Program-made: the position numbers and the translations under genes | IMG/VR virus record: IMGVR_UViG_3300008954_000037 | DNA from: an uncultured virus (IMG/VR IMGVR_UViG_3300008954_000037) | Taxonomy: Duplodnaviria; Heunggongvirae; Uroviricota; Caudoviricetes | DNA: 64,000 bases | Direction: 5' to 3' (one strand) | In this document: piece by piece, positions 10,469 through 20,484 of the stretch | Layout: each line of letters begins with the position of its first letter | Position numbering within the stretch: the first letter of the stretch is position 1 | Notes under the pieces: model-generated | Database searches by the model: none | The model's input: only the letters and a program-made list of their open reading frames with translations | Told to the model about the DNA's origin: nothing

Positions 10469-11116
10469 ATGTACGGCTACAGCGTGGCACACACCCGCAC
10501 GGGAATACAGGGAATACTCGACAAGTTGGCCCTCATCGAGTCCATGGGGGAGGAGTACGCCCAGGACCGGCGGATTCAGCAACTATCTCTGGAGATTTGT
10601 AGGGACACCGGCAATTCCGCATCTCAGATCGTTGACGCCCTTGAGGAATATGTCGAGGGGCTCAAATACAGGCGCGAGTACGCTGAGATTCTACGCAATC
10701 CCGTCCACACGGCGCTTGTCGCCAAGGGTGGCGACTGCGATGATCTGACCACCCTGTTCCTGGCCATGGCCATGGCGCAGGGGCTCCCTGCACGCGGGGA
10801 GGTGGTCGCCAACGAGAAGGGTCAGGGGTTCCACATTCGTTCTGTGGTAGGGTTGCCGCCGCTCCAGCCCACGTTTGAGCGGGTGGTGGACCCCGTGTGG
10901 AAGTCGGAGGCGCAATGGAACATGAAGATCCCGCAGTCCGGCGGTTCCGCGAACGCATCGAGGCAACACCCTTCGGTTTTTACGGCTCCAGGCATCCGGC
11001 CACCCACACCAGAGGACTGGTGGGAGGCACACTCGGAGCCGAACTGGGTCTGGAGAGGGGTGGCGATAGCGGCGATCGGCATCCTGATCGGGCGCTTCCT
11101 GGGCCGGAAGAAGTAG
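10469..11116 (+). CDS. Transglutaminase-like cysteine protease fold protein with C-terminal TM anchor
   Basis: GGDCDDL...FHI...VVDP Cys-His-Asp pattern; TM followed by RKK. Confidence 0.75.
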   Translation: MYGYSVAHTRTGIQGILDKLALIESMGEEYAQDRRIQQLSLEICRDTGNSASQIVDALEEYVEGLKYRREYAEILRNPVHTALVAKGGDCDDLTTLFLAMAMAQGLPARGEVVANEKGQGFHIRSVVGLPPLQPTFERVVDPVWKSEAQWNMKIPQSGGSANASRQHPSVFTAPGIRPPTPEDWWEAHSEPNWVWRGVAIAAIGILIGRFLGRKK

Positions 11117-11142
11117 TACAGCCCACCATTGTCGAGCCCGAG

Positions 11143-11355
11143 GTGGTGGAGCCACAGACGGTCGGTGAGATCACAGTGGTTGAGCCGGTGGAAGCCAGAA
11201 CGGAGGCCAGGGCAGCTTTTCACAACTCAGATTTCATCGAGGCCGAGGTGGTCCCGCCACCGACGCTGGGCGATGAGATCGTGAACCTGGGGCGCCGCGC
11301 CGTCCGTCGTGCCGTCCTTGATGTCCATGAGGCCGTCGAAGGCTGGGGAGATTGA
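11143..11355 (+). CDS. Possible small acidic hypothetical protein (start uncertain)
   Basis: Fills the gap between operon genes; VEP-rich; GTG start guessed. Confidence 0.35.
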   Translation: MVEPQTVGEITVVEPVEARTEARAAFHNSDFIEAEVVPPPTLGDEIVNLGRRAVRRAVLDVHEAVEGWGD

Positions 11356-11356
11356 C

Positions 11357-11944
11357 ATGGGATTCGCAGTCAAAGGCAATGGCATCGTCAAAACCATGGG
11401 TAGTGACCCTCTGGGGCTGCTCACCGCCAAGGCGAGCCCTGACACCCCGGTCGCCAAGCAATTCACGCAACGCCTCGGCGCGCTCGGCAACAAGCCCTGG
11501 ACGGTACCCCTGGCCAACCTCGCGGAGGTAGGCAAGGCCAACTACGCCATCGGGCCATGGCTGTTCCCCGAGGAGTCCTGTGCGATTGCCAACTGGTTGG
11601 GTGGCGGCGGCGCAGATGTGCCGGGCACGTTTCTGGGCACCGACTACCTCGATGTGGACAACATCGAGATCGAGTGCGAAGGCAAGGACGTGGACCTGAA
11701 CAACGCCCTGTTCAAGCTCCGCAAACGCAACCCGTGGGCCCATCGCTGGGTGGTCGCCAAGGGCTTCGCCAAGGCGATCGAGAAGCAGCGCGACATGCAG
11801 CGGAACGTCGATGAAGACACCGCCGCGTTCTGGCGCAAGGTGGGCTCCTGGGCGTTCAGTTTGAAGGGCGGGCTCATCCCGCTGGTCATTGCCGGCGTGC
11901 TGGTCTGGAAGTTTTCCGGCAGCAGTGGAGGAATCAAGAGATGA
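11357..11944 (+). CDS. Hypothetical protein with C-terminal TM
   Basis: RBS ggggag; LIPLVIAGVLVWKF tail. Confidence 0.7.
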   Translation: MGFAVKGNGIVKTMGSDPLGLLTAKASPDTPVAKQFTQRLGALGNKPWTVPLANLAEVGKANYAIGPWLFPEESCAIANWLGGGGADVPGTFLGTDYLDVDNIEIECEGKDVDLNNALFKLRKRNPWAHRWVVAKGFAKAIEKQRDMQRNVDEDTAAFWRKVGSWAFSLKGGLIPLVIAGVLVWKFSGSSGGIKR

Positions 11945-12717
11945 CGGACACATGGGACAAGATCGCCAACGGTTTCGGGCGAGTGGTGAAGAACGCCGCG
12001 CACCAAAAGGTCAACGAGGTGGCCTCGACAGCGTTCGGTATCGACACCGCCTACGTCCCCCCTCGCATCAACCCCGAGGACGATGAGGTCGAGGAGGAGG
12101 AGGAGTACGAGGCCGCCGAAGACGAAGAATACGAGGACGAAGACGACAACGGAGTCGAAAGCCCGGCGTGGGCGTTTGAGTATGACGCCCCCGAGGACAA
12201 CCTCTCCTGCGCGGCGGCGGCCTACCGGATGCTCGGCCACGACGAGGACATTATTGCTCGGCACGACAAGACGGGCAGGGCGTTTTTTGGGAGCGAGTCC
12301 GAGCTGGTCGAATACTGCTCTCAGATCAATTTGGACACCGATGGGTGGGAGGTCTGGACGGAACCCGACGAGATCTTGAGCCTTGAATATGATCAGGATA
12401 CAATGCGCCAGATTTCAAACCAGTGGCGCGAAGAAGCCTTCAAATCTGCGGAGGAGCAATTTGAAGGATTCCACTGGGGCGACAAGTCGAAAACCGTTGC
12501 AGTGCGGGAGTTTCCGAACCCCGACACCCCTTTCACCCTCCTGGGGGTCGCTGAGGAAATCCACTACGGCGCCAAGAAGAACGGCAAGTTCGTCCACTAC
12601 TACCACGAGCATGGCGAGGAGTCGGGCACCTTCCCGATGATTTATGCTTGGGGTCCGGGGTGTTACGTCGTTATCGGCGGCAAAATGCGTATCGAGGATC
12701 GTGGAATCGTTGACTGA
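11941..12717 (+). CDS. Acidic hypothetical protein with C-terminal beta-rich domain (YxHxHxE...GG...RGIVD)
   Basis: Coupled ORF in the structural region. Confidence 0.7.
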   Translation: MTDTWDKIANGFGRVVKNAAHQKVNEVASTAFGIDTAYVPPRINPEDDEVEEEEEYEAAEDEEYEDEDDNGVESPAWAFEYDAPEDNLSCAAAAYRMLGHDEDIIARHDKTGRAFFGSESELVEYCSQINLDTDGWEVWTEPDEILSLEYDQDTMRQISNQWREEAFKSAEEQFEGFHWGDKSKTVAVREFPNPDTPFTLLGVAEEIHYGAKKNGKFVHYYHEHGEESGTFPMIYAWGPGCYVVIGGKMRIEDRGIVD

Positions 12718-12805
12718 TCGCTGTTGCTCTCCCTCAGATTGTGTGCATCCTAGATGACGCGAGATCTCAGAATCTCGACCACAGAATCTCAAGGGAGTTG
12801 ACCAC

Positions 12806-13639
12806 ATGGCCACGAAGCGACTTGGAGCGGCGAAGAAGCGCCGTCGTAACTCGACCCTGATCGCCAACCCTCGTCGCAAGAAGCGCAAGCGCAAGGCCAA
12901 CCCCACCGCCAAGCATCGTCGGCGCAAGTCGGCAGCCCCCAAGCGTCGGCGCAAGACGACCCTGGCCAAGCGGGGCAACCCCCGCCGCAAGCGCGCTCTC
13001 GCGCGCCGCAAGGCACGTCGGAATCCCGGCGGCAACGGCAACTTCAAGTCCATGCTGAAAGACCTGCCGATCTTGGAGATCGCGGTCGCAGGCGCGACAG
13101 CCATCTTCGTGTCCAACCTCGTCGCAGGCGTCCCCTTCGTGTCGAAGAAGATCGGTGAGATGGAGGAAGGCACCACCAAGGACATCGTCGGCGGCCTCGT
13201 CGGCCCCACCGTCACCTTCGCGGCAGGTCTGGGCGTGATGCACTTCGCCAGCAAGCAGAAGTCGGCCAAGGCCAAGAAGATCGGTCAATTCATCGCCTAC
13301 GCGGCGCTGTTCCAGGCCACCAACGCCGTCGTCGGCGCGCAGGTCAAGAAGGGTGTCGCGTCCGTTCTCAAGACCATCGCGGGCGACGAGGACGCCCCCA
13401 CTGCCCCCACTGCCCCCACTACCACTTCGGGCAAGAAGGGTACCGATCTTGATGGCGGTTTCGGCGGCGCGTGGATCGGCCCGAGCGGCGCCCAGTACGG
13501 CGGTCTGCTCGGCGCGGCTGCGTACTTCACCCCCGACGACGACGACTTCGGTGGCGCCTATATGTCGGACGACTTCGGTGGCGCCTATATGTTGCCTGAC
13601 ACCCCCATCAAGATCGCCGGATTCGGCGGCTTCAACTAG
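12806..13639 (+). CDS. Putative core/DNA-condensing membrane protein (R/K-rich NP-repeat N-terminus, hydrophobic middle, FGGAY repeats)
   Basis: Extremely basic first ~75 aa with four NP motifs; 2-3 hydrophobic helices; DDFGGAYM twice (13541-13592); directly upstream of the putative capsid gene. Confidence 0.7.
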   Translation: MATKRLGAAKKRRRNSTLIANPRRKKRKRKANPTAKHRRRKSAAPKRRRKTTLAKRGNPRRKRALARRKARRNPGGNGNFKSMLKDLPILEIAVAGATAIFVSNLVAGVPFVSKKIGEMEEGTTKDIVGGLVGPTVTFAAGLGVMHFASKQKSAKAKKIGQFIAYAALFQATNAVVGAQVKKGVASVLKTIAGDEDAPTAPTAPTTTSGKKGTDLDGGFGGAWIGPSGAQYGGLLGAAAYFTPDDDDFGGAYMSDDFGGAYMLPDTPIKIAGFGGFN

Positions 13640-13708
13640 GTCGTCTGACGACCTGCAAACCCTCGGGCGAGCGAGAAGCTGCCCCTGACCTCGACACGGA
13701 GAATCAAG

Positions 13709-14443
13709 ATGGCTCTCAACGAGAAAACGGTCTTTGCCGACCTCGCACCCTTCAGCAAGATGGTCGTTGACGCGGGCAAGGGAATCCTTGTCAGCGACAC
13801 CACCTTCGCCAGCGCATCCGACCTCTGGTCCACTGGCGCCTTCACCCTGGCTGCCAACATCCTGACGGGCGGGCAGACGGTCAAGTTGTTCTCGATCGCT
13901 CGTGGGCAGGGGGGGCAGGGTTTCACCCCTTCCGCGTCCTATGCCCAGACGAACGTCGTCTTCAACAACGGCCAGATGAGCGCCAACCAGACCTACCTGG
14001 GGATCAAGACCGGCTTCACGCTGTACTGGGTCACCAGCGCGGCTGCCGCCGCGCATACCATCCCGCAGTACCTCGACGGCGAGGCCGATCTGCTGGGCGT
14101 CCAGAACGACATCGTCTGGAAGCTGAAGGTGGGCGACAACATCCAGCGCACCATCGGCACCCTGGCCGACTACCCGCAGGGTAACGGCGTCTGGGGCTTC
14201 CCGGTCGGCGTCGGTGGGGCCACCCCCAACACGGTCACCTACGAGTTCCAGCAGAACGGCGGTCCCATCAGCACCCGTCGCGCGCTGCCGCTGCCGGTGA
14301 TCTGGCCGCCCCTGGTGCAGGTCGACATCGAGTTGGAAGTTGGCAACAACATCACCACGACCGGCATGGCCGCTACGGCTGGCGTCTGCGTCAAGCAGAC
14401 GTTTGAGGGCTACCTGATGACGCTGCCCACTGTCGGCGGCTAG
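13709..14443 (+). CDS. Putative major capsid protein (single jelly-roll-like)
   Basis: Beta-rich 244 aa; LFS..GQ..QTN..GQM pattern reminiscent of jelly-roll capsid proteins of tailless viruses; followed by a strong hairpin. Fold is inferred. Confidence 0.55.
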   Translation: MALNEKTVFADLAPFSKMVVDAGKGILVSDTTFASASDLWSTGAFTLAANILTGGQTVKLFSIARGQGGQGFTPSASYAQTNVVFNNGQMSANQTYLGIKTGFTLYWVTSAAAAAHTIPQYLDGEADLLGVQNDIVWKLKVGDNIQRTIGTLADYPQGNGVWGFPVGVGGATPNTVTYEFQQNGGPISTRRALPLPVIWPPLVQVDIELEVGNNITTTGMAATAGVCVKQTFEGYLMTLPTVGG

Positions 14444-14476
14444 TCCACGACGCCCGCCACGTCAAGACGACCGACT

Positions 14477-14507
14477 GGGGGCGGGTGCCATCTCGGCGCT
14501 CGCCCCC
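14477..14507 (+). terminator. GC-rich stem-loop after putative capsid gene
   Basis: GGGGGCGGGTGCC-atctc-GGCGCTCGCCCCC 13-bp stem with G-U pairs; weak U tail. Confidence 0.55.
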
Positions 14508-14530
14508 TCGTCGTTCTAACGGAGTGAACC

Positions 14531-15064
14531 GTGGACAAGAATTGGCAGACAAAATACGGCCCCTGCGCTCCTGAGTTTGCTCGCTACGGTGATGCTGAGG
14601 GCGCCAAGCTGACTCGGTGGCTGTACGCTGATCCGGTCGGCAACCCCCGCACCCACAACAAGCCGGACGAGTGGTACAACACTGCGGCCATCATCTCGGT
14701 GAAGCGCCGGTTGTTCTATGACAATCTGGCGACGGGCGCCAACTCCATCCTCCGGTTCAATCCGGGAGGTGGCAAGAATTGCATCCTGATGGATCGGCGG
14801 GCGACCGCCATCCGCACCGCGCCTGCGGCGCAGGTCGATCTGGCGTTGGTCAACTGCAACATCATCCGTGAAGACCAGTTGATCGTCATCGAAGACACGC
14901 CGATGTTTCTCAACTTTGGCAGCGGCGCGTGGCCGGACGTGGACTTCGTGCCTGAGACCTTCTTGGGCAACCTTGCGTACAACGTGCAGGCCACCAACAA
15001 CAGCGGTCTGACCCTCGACATCTACATGGAGTGGTCGGTCCTCATGCTGGATCTGGGTCGGTAG
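14531..15064 (+). CDS. Beta-rich putative structural protein (second capsid protein candidate)
   Basis: 177 aa, GTG start with RBS ggag, alternating hydrophobic pattern. Confidence 0.55.
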   Translation: MDKNWQTKYGPCAPEFARYGDAEGAKLTRWLYADPVGNPRTHNKPDEWYNTAAIISVKRRLFYDNLATGANSILRFNPGGGKNCILMDRRATAIRTAPAAQVDLALVNCNIIREDQLIVIEDTPMFLNFGSGAWPDVDFVPETFLGNLAYNVQATNNSGLTLDIYMEWSVLMLDLGR

Positions 15065-15111
15065 CAGCAACGCGAGCGTAGCCGCTGCCGCCCGCCCATA
15101 GGAGCGCAGCG

Positions 15112-15582
15112 GTGAGAAGCCTGATCTCAACGAAGACGCAAAAGCTGTTCATGCCCATCAACGGCGCCATGACGCCGGAGTCGCCCATCATCCGGCAGCC
15201 GTGGCCGGGTAACCCCTCGTTGGGTGGCGCTGCGGCTGACGGGGTGGCAGCCAGTGAGCCGCGTGTGACGTTCACGGTCTGGGCCGACACCCAGGCGCTG
15301 CTGGGCACGCTGACGGCGGTTCTCCAGACGATCATCTACCCGTCCGGGGCTGGTGTGGCGCCCTACACGATGACCGAGGACGTGACGGGCTCGCTGCTTC
15401 TCGGGCGCGGCACCCTGGTCTATGATTTGGGGCCCTGGGCGGTGGTGAAAGTTGGCCTGCTGCTGACCAACCGCCACACCGCAGCCCAGACTGTTCGTGT
15501 GCAGACGCAGTTGCACGGTGTGCAGGTCGTTGTGCCCGGTGAGGGTGACGAAGACGTGCAGACTGTGAGGGTGGTGGCCTGA
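15112..15582 (+). CDS. Beta-rich putative structural protein
   Basis: V/T-rich ORF in the structural operon; RBS aggag. Confidence 0.55.
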   Translation: MRSLISTKTQKLFMPINGAMTPESPIIRQPWPGNPSLGGAAADGVAASEPRVTFTVWADTQALLGTLTAVLQTIIYPSGAGVAPYTMTEDVTGSLLLGRGTLVYDLGPWAVVKVGLLLTNRHTAAQTVRVQTQLHGVQVVVPGEGDEDVQTVRVVA

Positions 15583-15944
15583 TGCTCGGTGCAGTCCTCA
15601 ACAAGCTGGTCCGAATCCTGCCGATGGTCACGGAGGCCGAAGCGCGTGACCAGTCGGCGGTATCGTCTGGCGGCGGCACGACGACCTCGATCATCGCCTC
15701 GCTGCCCACCATCCACGCCAGGGAGTTGGCGGTGGCGGTGGCCAGCGATCAGGATGTCACGCTGGTCAAGCGCATCAAGGGCTTGGCTCGGGGCATCACC
15801 GTCGATCGGACGGTGGCGGTGACTGGCGGCACCAACCTGTTCAATCAGGACACGGATGGTCTCGGGCAGGAAGTTGAGATCTTGGTCACCAACTCCAGTG
15901 GCAGCACGGCGACGGTGAGCATCTGGGCAGCGGCCCGCATGTAG
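15582..15944 (+). CDS. Beta-rich putative structural protein
   Basis: TGATG coupling; VTNSSGSTATVSIW strand pattern. Confidence 0.55.
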   Translation: MLGAVLNKLVRILPMVTEAEARDQSAVSSGGGTTTSIIASLPTIHARELAVAVASDQDVTLVKRIKGLARGITVDRTVAVTGGTNLFNQDTDGLGQEVEILVTNSSGSTATVSIWAAARM

Positions 15945-15953
15945 GAGAACGAG

Positions 15954-16379
15954 ATGGCGCAGGGAACGATGATTGCTGAGAAGGATGTGCTGTTCAACAG
16001 CATGTCGGCCATGATCGCTCGCGAGTACGTCGCCAGCGACACGCAGCCCGTTCTGGAGGGTCTGTATCGCGTCCCCGTCTCGGCTACCGGCAACACCGAC
16101 ATCGACGTGGACCGCAACATCGAGGTGATCGATGCGTGGTGCGCCAAGGTCGGGGGAGCGGGCGCGGGCGGCGACACGGTGACGGTCCAGAACGCGGGCA
16201 ACGCCATCACGAACGCGATGTCTGTCAACATCGCGGACACGGCGGTGGTGCGTGCCGGGCAGATCAACGACGCCAACTATCAGATCGCCAGCGGGGGCAC
16301 GCTCCGCATCGCTGCTGCGGGTGCTGACGCGAGTGTTGATTGTGTCTGCTACGTCAAGGTACTGTTCTACACCAGCTAG
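15954..16379 (+). CDS. Putative structural protein, paralog A
   Basis: Clearly homologous to 16389..16811 (EKDVLFNSMS, GDTVTVQNAGNAIT, RAGQINDANYQIA). Confidence 0.75.
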   Translation: MAQGTMIAEKDVLFNSMSAMIAREYVASDTQPVLEGLYRVPVSATGNTDIDVDRNIEVIDAWCAKVGGAGAGGDTVTVQNAGNAITNAMSVNIADTAVVRAGQINDANYQIASGGTLRIAAAGADASVDCVCYVKVLFYTS

Positions 16380-16388
16380 AGGGAAGCC

Positions 16389-16811
16389 ATGGCAGAGTCT
16401 GGAGCAAAGCTGGGTGAGAAGGATGTGCTGTTCAACTCCATGAGCGGCATGATCGCCCGTGAGTACGTCGCCAGCGACACTCAGCCGGTGATGTTTGGGA
16501 TCTACCGACAGGTGATTTCGGGCGCCGGCACGATCAACATCCCTGTGGCGCGCAACGTCGAAGTGGTCGATTCGTGGTGCGTCAAGACGGGAGCTATTGG
16601 CGGTGTGGGTGACACGGTGACGGTCCAGAACGCCGGCAACGCCATCACCGACGCCATGAGCCTGAACGCTGCTGACACGTCGGTGGCGAGGGCTGGTCAG
16701 ATCAACGACGCCAACTATCAGATCGCCGCAGGCGGCCAGCTTCGCCTCGTGACGGCTGAAGTGACCGACTCCAACTGCATCTGCTACGTCCGGGTGGCGT
16801 TCTACACCTAG
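16389..16811 (+). CDS. Putative structural protein, paralog B
   Basis: Tandem duplicate of 15954..16379. Confidence 0.75.
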   Translation: MAESGAKLGEKDVLFNSMSGMIAREYVASDTQPVMFGIYRQVISGAGTINIPVARNVEVVDSWCVKTGAIGGVGDTVTVQNAGNAITDAMSLNAADTSVARAGQINDANYQIAAGGQLRLVTAEVTDSNCICYVRVAFYT

Positions 16812-16826
16812 AGAGGATTCTGAGTT

Positions 16827-17219
16827 GTGATTTTTGGACTGCTGAGGTGGGCGATACTGGGGGGCGTGGTGCTGGCTGCGTGGAGTGCATACGCACGCCC
16901 TCAGTGGATCGACGACGTGCTGCTCCGGGGCTTCTCGGCAGACCACGTCAGCCAGAAGGCCGCCAAGGATCCCAACTTTGAGGAGGCGTCCAAGGTCGCC
17001 GCCGAGGCCGGGCTGCCGGTGACCTGGGTGCTGGCGTTGATGAAGGCAGGCGTGAAGCTGGCCGACATCGAACCCGCCGCCAAGAGCGTGGTGCAGACGA
17101 TGAAGAACATGGGCGTACCCGTCGACATGCTGCCCGAGACCCTGGCCGCCTACCGCGACAAGGTGCTGAGTGTGGTGGCAGGTTCCTACGCGAAAGCGAA
17201 GGGTCACAAGGAGGACTGA
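16827..17219 (+). CDS. Membrane-anchored helical protein
   Basis: N-terminal TM. Confidence 0.6.
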   Translation: MIFGLLRWAILGGVVLAAWSAYARPQWIDDVLLRGFSADHVSQKAAKDPNFEEASKVAAEAGLPVTWVLALMKAGVKLADIEPAAKSVVQTMKNMGVPVDMLPETLAAYRDKVLSVVAGSYAKAKGHKED

Positions 17220-17220
17220 T

Positions 17221-17766
17221 ATGGCGGCTGTAAGCGCAGCAATCGTTGGGGCAATCACCAACGCAATCAAGCACCTGCTCGATGACACCCTCGACACTGT
17301 GAGCGCCGTGCAGAACAACTCCTGTATCTGGCAGAAGATGTCGATCTCGGAGTTGGCGTGGCGCATCGCCAAGGACGAGTCCGAGAAGCTCACGGGCTTC
17401 CCCAAGAGCGGCAGCGGGCCCGGCGCCCGGTGCGCGATGTACTCCTTCGACACGGGCAAAAAGTGCAAGGTGCCATACTACGCGCTGTACTCGATCCGCG
17501 CCAAGATCTTCAAGGGCTTCGACAACCACAAGCAGGCCGCGTACTGGTCCAAGAAGGCCAAGAAAACCAAGCTGGTCTACGACATCAAGCAGAAGAATCT
17601 GGGCAAGAAGCCCGACCCCAACACCGCGCTGCCGCCAGATCAGGGCGGCAAGGGAAGCAACAAGTGGAGTGGCGGCGGCGGCGGCGGCGGAAACCAGCAG
17701 ACGCTGATTTACGTTGCCGGGGGGCTCTTGGGCCTCCTCATCATCATGAACGCGACCAAGAAATAG
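17221..17766 (+). CDS. Basic protein with Gly linker and C-terminal TM
   Basis: RBS aggagg; poly-Gly linker; TM + KK tail. Confidence 0.65.
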   Translation: MAAVSAAIVGAITNAIKHLLDDTLDTVSAVQNNSCIWQKMSISELAWRIAKDESEKLTGFPKSGSGPGARCAMYSFDTGKKCKVPYYALYSIRAKIFKGFDNHKQAAYWSKKAKKTKLVYDIKQKNLGKKPDPNTALPPDQGGKGSNKWSGGGGGGGNQQTLIYVAGGLLGLLIIMNATKK

Positions 17767-17787
17767 GTCGCCAAACAGGAGACAATC

Positions 17788-18198
17788 ATGCCCAGGACTA
17801 CACCCGCAGAAGCACGAGCCCAGACCCGCGCCCAGAACGCCCTCATGAAGAAGAAGCTGATGCAGAAGCGCGCCATGCAGGAGCATCAGGCTGTGAAGGC
17901 ACAGGCCCAGGGGCAGGCTGCGAAGGCACAGGCCCAGTCGGCGGCAGCGAAACAGAAGAAGAAGCAGTTGGAGGCGATGCTTCATGCAGATCTGACCAAG
18001 ATGATCTATCACATGAAGACGGCCCAGCAGCACTGGTTGACCGCCATGAAGATCTTTGCTGCGGCCAACGACAAGATCAAAGCCTATGGCGCCCAACCCA
18101 TGTCCACTAACTTCTACAAGAACCTCTCGTACATCGACGACGTGTATGAGGGTATGGGCATGTTCATCAACAAAGCCAAAGAGACGCTGAAGCTCTAG
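17788..18198 (+). CDS. Helical basic hypothetical protein
   Basis: RBS aggag; A/Q/K-rich. Confidence 0.7.
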   Translation: MPRTTPAEARAQTRAQNALMKKKLMQKRAMQEHQAVKAQAQGQAAKAQAQSAAAKQKKKQLEAMLHADLTKMIYHMKTAQQHWLTAMKIFAAANDKIKAYGAQPMSTNFYKNLSYIDDVYEGMGMFINKAKETLKL

Positions 18199-18207
18199 GA
18201 GGCCGTC

Positions 18208-18696
18208 ATGGCTCTGGCAACACTTGAGACCCTGTACTCGACCGCCAACGGTCTGAGGATCCGCTCGATCCCCTCCACCAACCCTGAGAGCAAGGTGGTG
18301 GGCAAGCTCACTCGTGGCGACGTGGTCAAGGCGGTGTTTGGGGGCACCAAGAACATCGAGGTCAAAGGCGAACTCTGGGAGATCCCATCCCCCTGGGCCA
18401 TCGAAGCTGGGGACACCAACATCGGCCTCGGAGACACCAAAGGCATCACCTGGGTCTACGTCAGCCAACCCAAGAAGGGCTGGGTCGCCATGGAGGTGGG
18501 CAAGAAGGTCTACCTGCAAGACACGCCGCCCAAGGCGGGCACCCCCGCCGAGAAGGCCCCCACCATCGCCCCCACCGCGTTCACCGCGCCCCAACCCAAG
18601 AAGGCCGGATTCCCCATCATCGCCTTGGTCGCCCTGGGTGGCCTCGCGGCGTGGGCGTGGACGATCTTCGACGAGAACAAAAGGAAGAAGCGATGA
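18208..18696 (+). CDS. SH3b-like domain protein with C-terminal TM
   Basis: LRIRSIPST...VVGKLTRGDVV...WVYV..KGWVA..YL resembles bacterial SH3; TM + basic tail. Confidence 0.6.
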   Translation: MALATLETLYSTANGLRIRSIPSTNPESKVVGKLTRGDVVKAVFGGTKNIEVKGELWEIPSPWAIEAGDTNIGLGDTKGITWVYVSQPKKGWVAMEVGKKVYLQDTPPKAGTPAEKAPTIAPTAFTAPQPKKAGFPIIALVALGGLAAWAWTIFDENKRKKR

Positions 18697-19040
18697 AGAC
18701 GGGACAATGGGCACTGCTGGCTGCTGTTGTTGTGGGTGGCGCGCTGGCGCTCCAAAGCGGCGACAAGAACAAGAAGAAGGGCTCCACCCCCTCCGGTGGC
18801 GGCAAGAAGGGCTCCACCCCCTCCGGTGGCGGCAAGAAGTGGACCGCCGCCCAGGTCAAGGCGGCCAATGACGAGGCAGCGGCCTCGGTGGCCTACTGGA
18901 AGAAGCAGCACCCCGGTCAGATCGCTGAGATCACAAACTTCCCGATCATCGTGGACGGGCAAGTCGTGGGGCGCAAGGTGACGGTCACCCTCAAGGACGG
19001 CACACACAGCCAGTCAGGCTTCCCGTATGCCGCCATGTAA
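18693..19040 (+). CDS. N-terminally anchored protein with 30-bp tandem repeat (KKGSTPSGGG x2)
   Basis: Signal/TM N-terminus; exact repeat at 18774-18833. Confidence 0.6.
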   Translation: MKTGQWALLAAVVVGGALALQSGDKNKKKGSTPSGGGKKGSTPSGGGKKWTAAQVKAANDEAAASVAYWKKQHPGQIAEITNFPIIVDGQVVGRKVTVTLKDGTHSQSGFPYAAM

Positions 19041-19052
19041 CTCATCAGACGG

Positions 19053-19667
19053 AATCTGAGTTGCGAAATTGGAGAACAGACGATGAAGATTCAAGATCTG
19101 GACGGGGTCGCATACGACCGAGCCCTGGCGTGGTTGGCTGAGGTTGCGGTGGAGTACGAGTGGTGGGATTTCATCTACGATGACATCAAGAACGCAGGCG
19201 ATTTGATGGGTATTGACGTTGAGGAGATCTTCTTCACGCTCAACCCCGTGGGCGTCGGTCTCGGAGGCACCTACTACTACAAGAAGGGTGGCGTGAAAGC
19301 CGTCACGTTGGAGTTTCCGCGAGACCACACCCTGCTCCGCATTGCCCACGACTTGCAGGACATCCAGAAGCGAAACTTCTATCAACTGATGACGAGCTTC
19401 CGCAGCAGCAGTCGGGGAACATCGACTGAGGTGTGGGAGGTTGAGCGCGACGACGAGTACGCGGCGCCCACTGCTGACGCTGAGGATGCGGTGGAGGATG
19501 CGTTGCAGGAGTTTGTTGGCTGGGCGGGAACCCAGCTTGACGAGGGGTACGATTACCTCACCTCAGAGGAGATGCTGCTGGAAAACGCCGACGCCAACAG
19601 GTACGAGTTCGACGAAGACGGGTACCTTGAGTAATCGAAATCTGAGTTGCGAAATTGGAGAACAGAC
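19053..19667 (+). repeat. 29-bp perfect direct repeats (19053-19081, 19639-19667) bracketing one gene
   Basis: AATCTGAGTTGCGAAATTGGAGAACAGAC on both sides of 19083..19634. Confidence 0.9.
19083..19634 (+). CDS. Acidic mobile-element protein (family often labelled 'antitoxin of TA stability system'); DNA-mimic candidate
   Basis: EWWDFIYDD...LQDIQKRNFYQL...YDYLTSEE..NADANRYEFDEDG pattern recognised from plasmid/phage proteins. Confidence 0.6.
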   Translation: MKIQDLDGVAYDRALAWLAEVAVEYEWWDFIYDDIKNAGDLMGIDVEEIFFTLNPVGVGLGGTYYYKKGGVKAVTLEFPRDHTLLRIAHDLQDIQKRNFYQLMTSFRSSSRGTSTEVWEVERDDEYAAPTADAEDAVEDALQEFVGWAGTQLDEGYDYLTSEEMLLENADANRYEFDEDGYLE

Positions 19668-19694
19668 TCTGAAGCGACCTACAAGGAACAGACG

Positions 19695-20168
<474 letters not shown>

Positions 20169-20474
20169 ATGAGCAAGTGGACGACCAAGTATAAGGACGC
20201 GCTGCCTGACAGCGCCTTCATGTATGTTGCGCCGGGTGGCAAGAAGCTCAAGGGCCGGACGCGACCTCTGTGGAAACGACACTTGCCCTACCGCAACCAC
20301 CTGGGCAACGTCAGCGTCAGCCACGTCCGCAACGCCCTGGCGCGGCTCGATCAGGTTATCGCGCTTGAGGGCAAGCCGGCCAAGGTGCGAGCCATTCGGG
20401 CCAAGCTGGAGCGCATTCTGGACCGTTATGACAGCAGCCACAAGAACCCGTCAACGGGTATGTCGACGGGATAG
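20169..20474 (+). CDS. Small basic protein, DUF6582-like
   Basis: LPDSAF...RHLPY...HVRNALAR motif. Confidence 0.6.
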   Translation: MSKWTTKYKDALPDSAFMYVAPGGKKLKGRTRPLWKRHLPYRNHLGNVSVSHVRNALARLDQVIALEGKPAKVRAIRAKLERILDRYDSSHKNPSTGMSTG

Positions 20475-20484
20475 GGGATTTGAG

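Noticed and set aside
19083..19634. Genuine toxin-antitoxin module
   Set aside because: No adjacent toxin; the family label is only recalled annotation.
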